64,000 bases of DNA, taken from contig OZ287088.1 of the NCBI GenBank assembly GCA_965645245.1, positions 806,001-870,000 on the forward strand. Direction: 5' to 3'. The position numbers and the translations under genes are program-made. Positions 50,771 to 63,889 of the stretch are shown one piece after another. Origin of the DNA: Massalongia carnosa. Taxonomy: Eukaryota. Position 1 is the first letter of the stretch. Each line of letters opens with the position of its first letter. The notes beneath the pieces are model-generated. The model worked only from the letters and a program-made list of their open reading frames with translations. It was not told where the DNA came from and made no database searches.

Positions 50771-51700
50771 CACCATGGCGAAACCCCCAGTGTCGATGTA
50801 CGTCTCACCAAGCCAGGAAAAAACGCCGAGTTTCGCGTTTGCAATCCCCCCTTTGCCCAAGACGTCGAATTAACTTCCGACTCCGATGCCACCGTTCCCG
50901 GACAGCCGTCGATTCCGCTCGCCCAGGAATGCGTGGCGCGTTTTCTTCGCGATGAACTCTCGGTGGAGCGTCTGGACAGCAGGTACTGGATGTTACGGCT
51001 CGTGTCCAAACGGGACAACATCAGCCCCTTGCACCACCAAGCCCTCAAGGGCCGCCAGATCAAGATCACCGAAAGACCGGATCTTCACCTGGTCTGGTAC
51101 TACGACCAAATCTTCATCAAGCCGATTCCTCGCTGCCTGCTCAACCATGCGTTCTACCGCGCCTACGTGTCACCGGATCCGCAGTTGCGGTTGCTGGCGA
51201 ACGGATTCCTGAGAACGTACGCGAAGCTGATTGTTCACGAGTCGGATTTCGACGTCGCCGTTGCGAAGAGGTTAATACCGCAGGAAGTTACCTGGGCCGG
51301 GTGGTGCTACTTCGTGCAGGGGTTCGCCTATGTGAAGTGCGCCGAGGTGGCGAACCGCTATCATTACGGGGCATTGCGGCTCGCTCGCCTGAATCTGTAT
51401 AGCAAATTGTTTTTCTACGAGTGGAGTTACTTTGAAACCTACACGCAATATACGCGGTACTTTGCGAGATTCTTAAAGTCTTATATTTTTGTGTTCGGTG
51501 GCATCACGGTCGTCCTGACGGCAATGCAGGCTGCTATCACGGCGGATCCCGAAAGCGTCTATAGGGAGGCCGTCTATGGGTTTTCGTCGTTCAGCATCTA
51601 TCTTACAGGCTTTGGATTGGCGTTTTTTCCGCTCATGTATTTCTTTTTCCAGTTTAGGGAACTTGCGTTGTACGTATGTTGTCACCAGAAAGCGGATTAA
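50771..51700 (+). CDS. DUF6601-like protein with two C-terminal TM segments; start exon unresolved
   Basis: Frame open from 50771: PPFAQD..VPGQP..FLRDEL, PLHHQ..KGRQIKITERPDLHLVW...IFIKPIP, RYHYGALRLARLN, VVLTAMQ. No in-frame ATG in the N-terminal part, so an upstream exon or a frameshift is needed. Confidence 0.75.
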   Translation, partial: HHGETPSVDVRLTKPGKNAEFRVCNPPFAQDVELTSDSDATVPGQPSIPLAQECVARFLRDELSVERLDSRYWMLRLVSKRDNISPLHHQALKGRQIKITERPDLHLVWYYDQIFIKPIPRCLLNHAFYRAYVSPDPQLRLLANGFLRTYAKLIVHESDFDVAVAKRLIPQEVTWAGWCYFVQGFAYVKCAEVANRYHYGALRLARLNLYSKLFFYEWSYFETYTQYTRYFARFLKSYIFVFGGITVVLTAMQAAITADPESVYREAVYGFSSFSIYLTGFGLAFFPLMYFFFQFRELALYVCCHQKAD

Positions 51701-54700
51701 ATGCTCTCACACGTTTGATGACGTTGTTTCATCTTTTACAATTTTCTTATGAAGACTTCATCATCATCATATCATCTCAACTGCACATCTTTATCAACAC
51801 ATGTTCGCATTCAAGATTTCAAATTCTTCTCTAACCGCATTGCATCATAGCTTATATTTTCAAGCAATTCTACGTTATAGCGCAGCGAGGAGATCACAGT
51901 TCAATGAAGTCACATCTCATCCCCCTAGAAAAATGAGCGCATTTAGACCCTCTAGTGCAGTTATTACATATAATTAACGTCAAAGCAGCGCGCGCATAAC
52001 TAGATAAGATAGATTTTCTGTTCAGAATTAGCTGGAGTCGATGAATCAGACAAGCTCGACTTAATCACAACATCGAATTTTTCCCTTTGGAGTTGTGATA
52101 AATTACAGAAACACGAGACATGAAGAACTAAGTCTAGACTCCATTAACTTGTATGACTCGGTTTTATTAACTGTCATCTAGCTCGTATTCTCGGTATACA
52201 TAACAACTCCTCTTCCCTTCTCCGCCACATTAGCAATGATCTATGAAGCATAATCAAAACTATTCAGCATTTTCAAAAAAACACGTCCTCGGGCATCCTT
52301 TCCCTTCTTGCGACTACATTTATTTATCTACTTCTCACGCGTCGCTTCTGATTTTCGCAAAAGGACAGTAAGAGCTGACAACAGCACCCCATTTCTTGAC
52401 GAACGAGACCCGCTAGCCATCCCATGATCCTCCAACTAGTCGCGTAGTTGTTCAAATCTAGAGGCGTAGCGTCTGGGAGAGCATGGCGGGAACGGAGCGG
52501 CTAAGTTGCGACGACGGTAGGGTCTCTCTTGCCGGGCGATCCACCATCATGGGGGTTCGTAGATATCACACCGGTGAGCAGAGTGCTGATGCCGCTGCCC
52601 AAACCGCCGCCCAGAAAATATTGACGACGGACGAGCTAGGAAGCCGGGATAATCGGATTAGTCGACTGCTGACTTGAGAGGGATGAAGGACGAGGAAGGG
52701 GAAGGGAGATGAGAATAGATAGTACCGATTGGCGCTGCATTAGCAGATAACGAGGAGCAGACGAGGAGAAGGACGAAAGCGCCGGGGAGTTGCATCGTTT
52801 TGCTGATGCTTGACGAGATGTGTTGAAAAGCGAAGTTTTCTACTTGCGAAAGGCTTGAATCGTCGTCGCAGAAGGATCATGAGATGGCTTATCTAAAAGA
52901 AATGAAAGAAGGAAGGAAGAAAAAATGATGAAGCCGGCTTTTTCGAGAGATTTCTCATTCTCATGCCTCCCTTATCAAACCCATGACTAGTTAGGTACCT
53001 GTTTCGGAAGTGCAACATGGCGTGCATGGATAATCGTCTTCTTTCGTGCGGGAACGCCGAGAGACAAGGTCAGGGAGCGAGTGATTTTGCACTACGTCAT
53101 GTCTCAGATCAGCACCGACATATGTCCGCCATCTAGGGGATGGGTACGAGTATCTATGCCGGGGGGGGGCCAAGACCGATGCCAATATTTCCAGATTCGG
53201 TTTCGATTTTTACTCTAGTGTTGTAACATCCCATCGGTAGAGAAACATGCACAGTTTACGAAAGGGAACCATCGATTGAACCAGAAACGGCTAGTTACGT
53301 GATGCAAACTGCCAATACACTTCCAAGATGACCAATCTTTACTCAAAAGAATCCCTTCTCTGTACATCTCCCGCCTCAATCTAATCGTTACTGATGTGAA
53401 GTCATCATTCAAAGAACGTCCTCGAGAAATCTCTTACCCACAAAGACTTCGTTCCTTGCTGGTAATCCATGCAACCCGTTCCTGCTGGCCTCACTTATCT
53501 GGAACTTCTCCCATCATTCATCATTGCGTCAAGGTAGCAGAGGTAGCATACTGATATTAACGCTTAATTCCTTTCCCCACAAGAAACCAGCTTATAGTTG
53601 TTGAACAAAAAATCAACCAGGCATACGGCAGCGGGATGCAGGAGAAGAGGGTCTAGGGCTATCAAGGATAGGCAAAGAGAAGTGCTTGGCAAACGTGATG
53701 CAGGTACTCTGTATTTCCAGTGAAGATACTCCAAATTTAGCTATCTGCTGAACTGAATTCTGAACGACTGAATAGCTAAATTACATGAGGAATCATCGTC
53801 TCTTTATACTGCTTGAGGGCCTCCATCTCGGCCTATATCAAATGCATGAACCTGCTTCCTTTGAACCTTTTCAGCTGGGCAAAATACACCTCGTTGCTGA
53901 CCGGAGACACCGAGACACTCAGTGATCATGAACAGCTGAATTGCCTCCGAAATGTAGCATTATTGCTGCATACCTTTGCCTCCTCGTAGTTGCCGAAGTC
54001 GTGCCGATATCTGAAGCTTTTCGCATATATGATTGCCTAATCTGGAAATTAGTAAGCAGGAGGCAAAAGAACCTCGGTCGCAAATATTCAGGTATCTCGG
54101 CAAATTCCAATAATAGTAACCAAACAATCCTGTCGGCGTATCATCCCTGTGTAGCTAGTTGCGTGATCGTCGCGGTAGGTACGAGCCGAGCTCTGCATGC
54201 CCTGCCGAGGGGAGAACTGCTCCTCCGCGTGCCATGCCGCATGATTCATGAACGGCGCTTCTTGCCGAGTGATCGAGGAACGGGAAGTGCGAATAACGAG
54301 CAAAGGTAATGGAAAGACGATAGTTGTGCAGTTAAGAGCTGCGACGCAATGGCGAGTGAGCGCAGTTGTGTAAGCATAGCAAGATCTCGACTGATGTTCA
54401 ACTTATCATACTGGACCGACAGCTTCATCCTCAATATATACAATGGGTATCGGGCCTTTTCCATCCATGAAGACGGTCCCTTTCTCTGGAAAAGTTGGGC
54501 TGCTGACAGCAGATTGCAGCTTGAATTTATCAGTGGCATCCTTTCGGTCCTCCAGTCCCATGTCAGCCAACTTTCTGTCGATAACTAACTTCTGTCCCTC
54601 TTTGCATGTGCAAGAACTCGTTTGTCGAACTAGTCATGTCAATTGCCCAGTGCTACCATTCCGCCTGTTGCAGTCAAGTCACAATTCCAACACGTTCAAA

Positions 54701-54844
54701 GCCGGATGCTGCTTACTGAAAATCGAGAACTGCAGGACATTGTTGAAGAGTCCATGATAGATCCACCAGCGAGGTATCATAAAAAAGACTCCTGTTGTTT
54801 CTTCGTTCGCGCATATCTGTAGAGCACGGAGTACATGTTGAATC

Positions 54845-54845
<1 letters not shown>

Positions 54846-54882
<37 letters not shown>
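54846..54882. repeat. (AC)n microsatellite
   Basis: About 18 perfect AC units. Confidence 0.97.
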
Positions 54883-54884
<2 letters not shown>

Positions 54885-55677
54885 TACATCAACATCATCT
54901 CAAAATTCTATAAAATCTCATAAATAACTCTCGAATTCACAGCATCTTTCTCTCCTTTCTCCACCCTCTTCACCCTTTGATCCTCCACGCTCCACGTTCC
55001 ATGTTCTATTCCTCTTTCTCTCCATCCTCCTAATCCTCTCCTCCACTCTCCACCCTCCTTCCTCCACCCTCCACCAAAACCTCCCCTTCCCCCAAAAAGC
55101 CCACTTCGCCTCGCCCTCCAACCTCAACCCTAAATTCAACATCAACATCAACATCAGCACTAGCTCTCCTCATCAATACCTTCCCTCTCGGTTCTTCCCC
55201 CCATAACCCGCGACACGCGATAATTAACTCGCAAGCAAGCACAAACACTTTCCTGTACCTCTGTAAATATCTCCCTTCCTCATCCAGGCCTGGTTACCTA
55301 TTTATCTATCCATCTAACCGACCACACCCATCCTCGCGAACTAATCACCTCACCCCTTGCCTCGCGTTGCCTTGTCTTATTTTATCTTATCTTAGCTTGC
55401 CTGATCTTTCCCGTCAGTCATCACTCATTTCTTGTTTCGTCCGCGCTCAACTTCCCCGTTTCGAAACCGAAAGAGGGAGAAATCATCGTTATAATCCACT
55501 TCTCTATTCTTCTTTCACGTCCGCTTCCCTCATTTCATTTCACTTCATTCTATTCCAGATTTCGATGCCCGATAATCGAAAACTTCTCTCTCTTTTTTCG
55601 TCTCGTCTCGTCTTAGCATCGCTTGTGTTGTGTTGTATTGTACTTCGTATTGTATTAAACCCTTTCGGCTAAACGAC

Positions 55678-57048
55678 TAAGCCTAGGAAAGTAGCGCTAG
55701 ATATTTCAACCTAGCGATATATATCATTTAGCGCTATATATCGCTATATATCAATCATTTTTATACACAACACCCTGTAGATGATCAAGATTTCTTTCTG
55801 TATAATATTAATAGTATTGATGCAGCTATTCTACGTTCCTTTATTAACTTTTGTCACCTTCTTGTCATCAATTTATTGTCGTTGTCAATAAATGATGCTT
55901 GCCTATTATTTTTTACACCCAGACGCGGGCGGGCCGAGCCCAAAAAATCTCGGTAAGTTTTTACTTGATTGTAGACGACCCCAAGGCAATACATAGATGA
56001 TTATATGTCATCTACTATTAATTTGACAGAAAATTCTTAAATCAAATTACGGGAAACATCAAAGGCCCCGTCCACGAGCAGTTCACCACCGAAGTCAATG
56101 AGCTAGGTGCCTTTAAAACCACCCGCGTACGATGCAAACACTGCGGCCATTCCCTCGTTGAGCAAGCAAATTGTCAAAGTGGTCATTACTGAGCGAGCTT
56201 GGCCCTCAGCCCTGTCACTCTGTATATAGTCATCTCCCTTTTCTGTAGTAGCAAGCAAGGTCTTCGCCTATCATCATCTATCTGATACAAATAGAATGAC
56301 AAACCATCTCGAGAAATATCTTCCGTATAGCCAGTCTTTAGCAAGAAAAACAAGACTACGTATATCAGCGCAAACGTTCATAAGTGTGGACCGATCGAGC
56401 AATAGAGGTTGGACAAGCTGGTAGGCAATCTTGGCTGGAGGACTTCCATTCAGTACTCTTGATAATGGGATCAAGCCTGATATGTGGGAATTCATTCATG
56501 CATTGAACACAGCATATAAAGTTCCTAATCGCCAGCGTATTGCTGAGGAACTGCTTCCTCAATGTTATAAGCTGTTTTGGCAGCATTGCAAGTCAATTTC
56601 ACCTTTGCTAGGTCAATTTGCGCATCGTATCTTTTCGACACCTGCCAACTCGGTGCCAAGTGAACGTTCTTTTTCCGCTATGAACTACATCATTAATAAG
56701 TTCAGGACGAGTATGGAGATGGAAAGGGGCAATCAGGCCACTTATATCTACATGAATAGTAGGGAACTCCGACGGGCCAAAAAGTCAGCTAATGGATAGT
56801 ATCACCTGAATAATGCTGAGGAGCAGGCTTTAGAGGATGATATTGTCGCAATGAAGGAAGCAAAAGAAGAGATGGGATCCGATGAAATAGGGATGGGCGA
56901 GATGACTGAATTAGTCTTGTAGGCAGAAAAATTCCTCGAAATAGGTATAATCTATTTATAGGAATGATTTTTATTCTCAAACCTAGCGATATATATCCGC
57001 TACATATCGCGAGGCGATAGTAGCGCTACTTTAGCCGTCCCAGGCCTA
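55678..57048 (+). mobile_element. Internally deleted hAT transposon
   Basis: Imperfect TIRs TAAGCCTAGG...AAAGTAGCGCTA / TAGCGCTACTTT...CCAGGCCTA; BED-like VRCKHCG near 56130; hAT dimerisation motif FW...PANSVPSERSFS. Confidence 0.82.
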
Positions 57049-58073
57049 ATCACGACAGATTGAGTCTGGTCCAGTCGGCAGCAGTGCGCATGTCTCTCTT
57101 TCTTTCTTTCTTGAGTTTCTCTCTCATTTTCTCTTTCACGACGCGTTGTGGGGGTCGAGGCTGAGATTTACGCCTGCTGTCAAGTTTTGAAGAAGACGAA
57201 GTTGAAGAAGACGAAGACGAAGAAAATATGCGGCTTTCCCGCAAACTTGTTTTCGTAATTGGTTGAACGGAAACGGGTAAGCGATTCGTCGGGGGGTGGA
57301 GAGAAGGAGGACTGAGGCTGTTATATAACATATTTGAATGTTTTGGTTGTTTGGGTGTTCGACTCTTTTGTTAATGACTTCAAGTTAGATGCATGGGAAC
57401 GAAGAAGTTCAACGATTTGATGATTTTATAACGCTGATTTTTGATTTTTGATTTTGATTTTATTTCTGGATTTGGTATGATACGATCAAGATACAGAGGG
57501 TACTAGATGGGTGGTCGGAAGGCGTGTTGGACGGATAAAGAATAGAGTAGAGTGGTATAGGAGGAGAGGGGTGGAGATGGAGATGGAGATGGACTGGAAA
57601 ATATACCGCAGCGGTAGGAAGCAGGGACGTGTGCGTAGTAGTAGTAGCAGTAAAACCTAACTATCGCCTCGAACGAGAGAAAAACATAACGCAACGATAA
57701 TGAAATTAATCGACCGCTTGCAACCGCTTGCAGAGAAATCCACTCTACTTTACCGACAGCACCTATGTACTTTTCGATACCTACTAAGAGTGGCCGTAAA
57801 GCCATACCTAGGTAAAAAGCTAGCAAAGCCCGGATATCGTCTAGAAGAGAGATCCTGTTCGGATCCAATGAGGGACTGGACTGGACTGAACTGAACGACT
57901 AGAAATCGTACCTAGCTATGGCCATCTCTAGCAGATTCGGGAGCTTGTTGGTAGCTCCTTTATGGAGACTTTAAGCCCCAGCGCCCACGTCAAGGCCAAG
58001 CTCGTGTTGGAGTTAAGATCGCGAAAAAATGTGAGAAGCCAATATGGCGTGACTGCGTTAGATGGTAGTAATA

Positions 58074-59582
58074 TTAGTCAAAAAAATCGGATGGGAGGGG
58101 ACTCATCTCTTCGGTATTGCTGCAAGCAGACGTTAGCATAATTATACATCGACTAGTAGTGCAGTATACGTACTTCTTATTTCGGGACCGAGGCCCGCTC
58201 TCTTTCTTCGTTTGCCTCTTTCTCTGCTTGTCGAAGGCGCCCTTGGCCTTTTCCAAATCCCGTTCCAACTGCGGCACTTGCTGTGCAAATAGTGTCTTTG
58301 CGTGTGAGGGTGACATCCTAGTGAGTTGGTCTGCTAAAATGTGTAGCCTCTCGACGAGGCTGCCTAATTTCGAGTGGTCGTTGTCAGAGAGGTGATTTTC
58401 CACGGCCTTCACCTTTTCATTCCCATAGTCGAGGCCACAGACTGCTTTGATCCGAGGTTGACCAGGCGGCTGCTCTTTAGCAGGCCGCTTGGTGCCTCGT
58501 GCTTCCGCGATGGTGCTTCGGCGGAAATCTGCGCGACTGAAAGAAACCGAAAGTGAAGGGGGACCCTCAAGGCCTGTTGGTCGGAATCTCCCCATCTCTA
58601 GGCTCGCACGGAGAGCTGGCTCACTCAGAGGCACGAACCGATGTGATACCTCTTCTTCCCGAGGGGCTTGACGTTGGCCCCAGTTACCATCATCGTCCTT
58701 GCATATACGATAGTCCCTAGAAAGCAAATGAGCCTCCTATACTTACCGACCAGTGGCTTTTCCTGATCCGGAAGCAAACTCTCGAGATAGTTTTCATCCA
58801 TATCCAGGCATTCAGCTAGTTCAGCGTACTTCCCAGATTTGAACAGGTCGAAAGTCCTTCCGTGGAATAAGGAATTCCTCCTAGCGTAGGTCCTTGCAGC
58901 AAACAGGGCTAGGTCAATGTCCAGATCCGTCAAGCCGTTGGCGACAAGACTTACGACACGGACATCCAAAGCATCCATATACGGAGTTTGAGGTCGTGGA
59001 AGATCCGCACTGCTGGCCTCCCAGGCAGTAAGACGTCTCTCCTCGTCGTTCAGCTTCGGCAGGAGAATGGTCCATGGTTGCTTCAAGTAAGGGGGCGCAT
59101 CAGCTTCTCTCAGAGAATCGCACAACACCTGAGCATAATCACCAATTGCCGCGTGGAACCGATATAGTTCCGCGTCTCCAGTCATTATCGCAAGGTCACG
59201 ACTTACTGCGTTGATATCCAAGGCGGTCTCCATTACATAACGGTCGATGCACTGGATAGCGTCCGATGCATCTTCCGTTGTAAATGAATGCGGGTCGGAT
59301 CCAGACGCAAAGCCGGCTAATCGAGCAAACAGCCGGTACAGCTCCCGCGTGCTCCCTGGCAGATCCTGATGTCCGACGCAGGCTGTGTATCTTGACTGGA
59401 CATTTAGCATCTCACTGACATGATTTGCACCTAGAGACGATCCGGGTTGTCCGGAAGACTGATTGGCTGGAGACTCGGGCACTATACGGTCTCGCGGAAG
59501 GGCGGGACATGAAAAAGCATGGCTCCTCGAGACTGGTACCAGTCTTGAAGAGATAGGTTCCTCGCGGAGGTCTTCGATGATT
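58074..59582 (-). pseudogene. Uncharacterised protein gene, apparently frameshifted
   Basis: Long overlapping ORFs 58625-59482 and 58074-58727 with protein-like composition switch frame near 58725; no recognised domain. Confidence 0.5.
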
Positions 59583-60143
59583 ATTCATTTTATCCAATGT
59601 TGAGCGTTCAAAAGAAAAGAAAAAAAAGTGAAATGCTCGTTGGAAGGAAGAAAGAAAGCCGGCGGGGTGGAAAAGGTAAACAAACAACAAGATTAAGCTT
59701 TAGGCTTCGTTGGAATAACAACCAAATAAAAACAACAATACACGAAACGTGGATAAGCTCTTTGTGTCCTTGTCATGATGTTTAAACAGAACCAGGATGC
59801 AAGCTACATCAAGTGCAGTCGAAGATACATGTGAAAGCTTTTTCTCTGTACTCTGTACGGAGTACTCTACATACACTATCTTTGTGAAATCAACTTTCAC
59901 ATGCACGCTTAGACGGTGGCTGATCAGACTGGCTTAGTCTAATTTCTGCACCTAACCTGTTCCAATGTCAATCCTTTTCGTGTGATCCCGGTTACAAAAC
60001 ATGTCTTATTCATCTTCTCGTACTTCCGTACTCAATCCTCAGCTGCCCCGCTGTTCATATTCCTATATCGTTAAACGGTGCTCCCTTTTTATTATTCCGA
60101 TACCAGCCTCGACAAGCGATCTAGACAATCTTGAGTCGTTCCG

Positions 60144-61100
60144 ATGGACGCTTTGAAATGTGGATTCCTTCGGCTTCCGCTAGAGCTACGGCACCAGATA
60201 TACGAGATGTGCTTTAACGAATACTTTGAGCCAAGCATACTCTGCGTCAACAGTCTAGTTCACGACGAGTTGATGCACTTCCTTCGAAAACGTCAGCAGA
60301 CATTCTCGTTCAACATATCTGGAAAAGGAGTCGGCTTCGACGCCTTCTCTCAATGGTGCTTTCGAATCAAGCGTCACACGCCAAAGCCTAGCCGGATGAG
60401 ACATCTTATCCTGAACATTTATCCCCCAGACCCCGAAAAGCCCATTGAAATGTGGTACGTCTGGAAACATGTACAGCGCTTTTGCGAGGATCTCGCCGCT
60501 TACCAGTGTATTCCGCGACTAACTGTACAATTCATCGAGAGTGACGGAGCGAGATGGGCGACCAACGGCGTGTCTCACACCACCATGAACCTCCCCTATG
60601 AGAAAGGAGACTTTAGCGGGTGTGATGTCGGCCAGATACTCACTACGTTGGGTCGATTCGTTGACAACGTTGAGAAACCTAGACTGATTCTTCCCCGCTC
60701 ATACATTGATTCATATAGTAGCAACGATAAGCTGCAACGCTGGGCTGATCACATTGAGAAATTATTGACAGGCCGATGGGAGGGCGAGGATATAATCAAC
60801 GAGTTTGAATTGATGGAATATTATATCGAAGGGGAAATCCCGCAGATCGAACGGGCGACGGGAAGAAAATCAAAAGCCCTGTTCGAGAGAAAATACGGTC
60901 GAGTAGCGATTTTCCAGCACGATCATCTCGACGCCGTCAAGCGTCAATGGCCCTTCATGGACGATCTGCCGGAATGGGAGCGTCCGCGTTGCAGGATGGC
61001 ATGCATGGTGTATGATTGCATGTGCGGTGAGTCCTACATCGAGGTCTCCATGCCTGATGCCGCCTGGGGGCCTTTGGACTGGGAACGAGCTCGAAAATGA
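60144..61100 (+). CDS. Hypothetical protein with F-box-like N-terminal motif, 318 aa
   Basis: Uninterrupted ATG-TGA ORF starting GFLRLPLELRHQIY. Confidence 0.75.
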   Translation: MDALKCGFLRLPLELRHQIYEMCFNEYFEPSILCVNSLVHDELMHFLRKRQQTFSFNISGKGVGFDAFSQWCFRIKRHTPKPSRMRHLILNIYPPDPEKPIEMWYVWKHVQRFCEDLAAYQCIPRLTVQFIESDGARWATNGVSHTTMNLPYEKGDFSGCDVGQILTTLGRFVDNVEKPRLILPRSYIDSYSSNDKLQRWADHIEKLLTGRWEGEDIINEFELMEYYIEGEIPQIERATGRKSKALFERKYGRVAIFQHDHLDAVKRQWPFMDDLPEWERPRCRMACMVYDCMCGESYIEVSMPDAAWGPLDWERARK

Positions 61101-62423
61101 CAGTCAGAGATGATGGAGACGAAGTGTGATGATACGTGTCCGTGGATGCGCGCAGAAAATTACACCTCCGGATGACAGGATTCCCATGTCAGCTGGACCG
61201 TCGCAGGAATCGTCGCCTAACATGCGGGGCAAACGCTGTAGCCTCCGTCGTGGTGGTGGTGCGTACATCTTCCGTACTGACTCAAAGCCGCTTCTGACAT
61301 ACGCTGCGATAGAAGGCATGAAGCACCATCCGGAAGCACGTGTGGTTCAAACCATCCAGGGACGTTATACAGGTTTGGCCGAAATCTCGAAAACCCAAAG
61401 GCTGAAGGTCGATGTCGCTGCATGAGATCTAAAGACGCATTTCGGCGAGAGGAAGCGCAGCGGACCTTTTGGAGGGAATGTCCCAATCGAGATTCTGCAA
61501 CTAGTAAAACGCAGCCACCTTGTGTTTATTGCTATTCTAGTATTTGGGCAAAGTCCTGACCCTAGGGTGTGGCATGACACCGTTCGTGCGCCGTCCGCGC
61601 CGGGTACGGAGCCGCAACGGGTAGGCTACGGGGTCCATAGACGCTGTAGATGCGAACCCTGGGGTCAAGACATACTCCATCTATCTAAGCGACAGACTGT
61701 GTAGGAGAGGGCGGGTGGGAGAAACAGCGAAACACGATTTTTGATGAATGTTGATAAGGAAAGAGAGTTTTCCACCTCCCTGCTAGCGTCCGGCCCTATC
61801 CCGCTTACACGCCTGGTGCCGTCCGTCACGGTGACAACTTCACTAGCCCCCAGCAAGCTGGTGCGTTCTATGTGACTAGCTGAGATAACGTCAGCACGAG
61901 ATGAGTCGTCGTGTGGGAGACTGCTCTCAGGAGCGTCGATAACGGCATCTGATCGTTGCCTTGATGAATGATATATGATGGTTTTGAATATCAAGCCTTT
62001 GTTAACGTCGCAGGTGATACGAATGTTTACGGATTCGATCTTATTTGATATCTGAGTCCGTGTCAAGACGACCAACTGACTCAGCACGAGTCAAAATCTA
62101 TTTCCTACGGCTGGCCCTAGACACAACATTTCAGATTGCATGCGGGTGTCAAGTTTCTCCGCCCTATGCAGACGATGAATGGAAGATGTTGTGTTCGGTT
62201 AGACTGCGAGCTTACCGAGTAGGATCTAGTTTTTATTCCGGAATAATAGAACATTCCTGTTGATATTGAATGCTTTCGATCTATTATGCGGGGTCAGAAG
62301 TGTCCGGATAGGCGATAATTTTTTTAGTTTTGAAAAATAAACTATCATCTTTCAATTCATAATGTCATCATAACATAATTTTCAACAATTCAAAATTACG
62401 CAAAAAAAAGTGTTTGTCATATT

Positions 62424-63889
62424 TACGCCGCGCAACGGGTTGTGTTAATGTAATGGGGTACGAGACCAGTAAGCTTATCACGAGCGACACTGATCTCGAA
62501 AGGGGAAATGCTCAGCGTGAGAGGTGGAAGATAGCTACTACGTGCTGGTCTCCGAGAGTATACGTGATCCAAAGAACTAATGGATGTGAAAGTGCTTAGA
62601 CCAAGAGATCTCGTCCGAGACCCAAACGTAGGTTGTTCATAGAATAAAGACTAATTGCTAACGAATACTACAGGATTCGTTCTAGTATTTATCCTACTCA
62701 CCCCAAGCCTATAGCCTTGGGAGCCTTGGAACCTTAGGAGCCTTGCAACCCACTTCTGACCTTATCGCCTTACATCTAACCATCCCTCAGGATCCATCTA
62801 CGAACTCGGCATTCGCTGGATCATCTAGTCAGCCTCGAGCAGCCTTCTAGACCTTCCCTTGCAAGGTAGAAAACTTCTACCTCCGGCTAGATCACTCACT
62901 ACATTGCTAGCCTGCCTCTAAACATAAAGTCTAGACGCCGAGGCTATGTAGCTTCATTTCGCCGTCACCACTACCAACGTAGCGATGGAAGGTTACCTCC
63001 GACTGAATCTCTGTCTACACTGCGGACCTGCCTCTAGACACAAGGTCTAGACCACAAGGTCATGTTAGGTTCATTCAGCCGACATCACTACCAGCGTAGC
63101 AATAAAGGTGGAAGCTGAAATTTACACCGGGGAGGCCGAGCTTAAGCTGCGTCCAGCTAGCCGTGCCTCCTGCTACAACTCTTGATCCATCAAGAGATCG
63201 AGTAGCTCCGAGTAGGCCAGTAGATTCCATATAGAGTTCACGGCTTCTCCACAGGAGTTCGCCTTACTCCATGGCAATCTACCACCACGGCCTCGACAGG
63301 TGTTTGATCTGTAAGCAGTCTAGAACGTAGTAACAACTAATTCGGAGTTGTGTGGCAAGGTGGCGTCGTGTCAGCCTCGACGGCTATGCGACTAAGTACT
63401 ACGGCCTGGCTCATGCTAGTTAATCCCGCGACCGCCATAGGCGATCACGTATCCATCTAGCGCCATCCGTATTACAGTTAAACCCGTCGAGTTACTCAAC
63501 CCGTCGGGTTTGGGTCGGGTTTTGGGGTCGGGTTGGACTCCCTCGAATGCGACCCGACGGGTTCGGGTTTTTTATGCGAGTTTCCGGGTTAAACCGTTCA
63601 ACCCGGTCGGTTTATTCTGCGAATTAAATATCAAAATTCGACGAAAACATAACGTTTAAATTGATAAATTTTTTGCTTACTAATCATCATTTCTTGATGA
63701 CTAATTTTCACAATTCCCAGAATTTTCAAATGTGTTTAAAACGTCTAAAAATCACGTTTACAATTGACAAAAAAAATCTACCGGGTCGAACGGGTCAAAC
63801 GGGCTAACCCGGGAACGATTCCCCAACCCGGTAGCCGGTCGGGTTCGACTAGTCAAAACCCGACTCAACCCGACCCGCTGCGCGGCGTA
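62424..63889. mobile_element. hAT-type non-autonomous element with a nested solo LTR
   Basis: TIRs TACGCCGCGCAACGGGT / ACCCGCTGCGCGGCGTA, perfect 8-bp TSD GTCATATT, many subterminal ACCCG/CGGGT motifs. Confidence 0.92.
62449..63476 (+). mobile_element. Complete solo LTR, 1028 bp (reference copy of the family)
   Basis: TGTAAT...ATTACA termini with TSD GTTAA. Confidence 0.93.

Noticed and set aside
54900..55670. ORFs in the pyrimidine-rich low-complexity tract
   Set aside because: Composition-driven frames in simple sequence.
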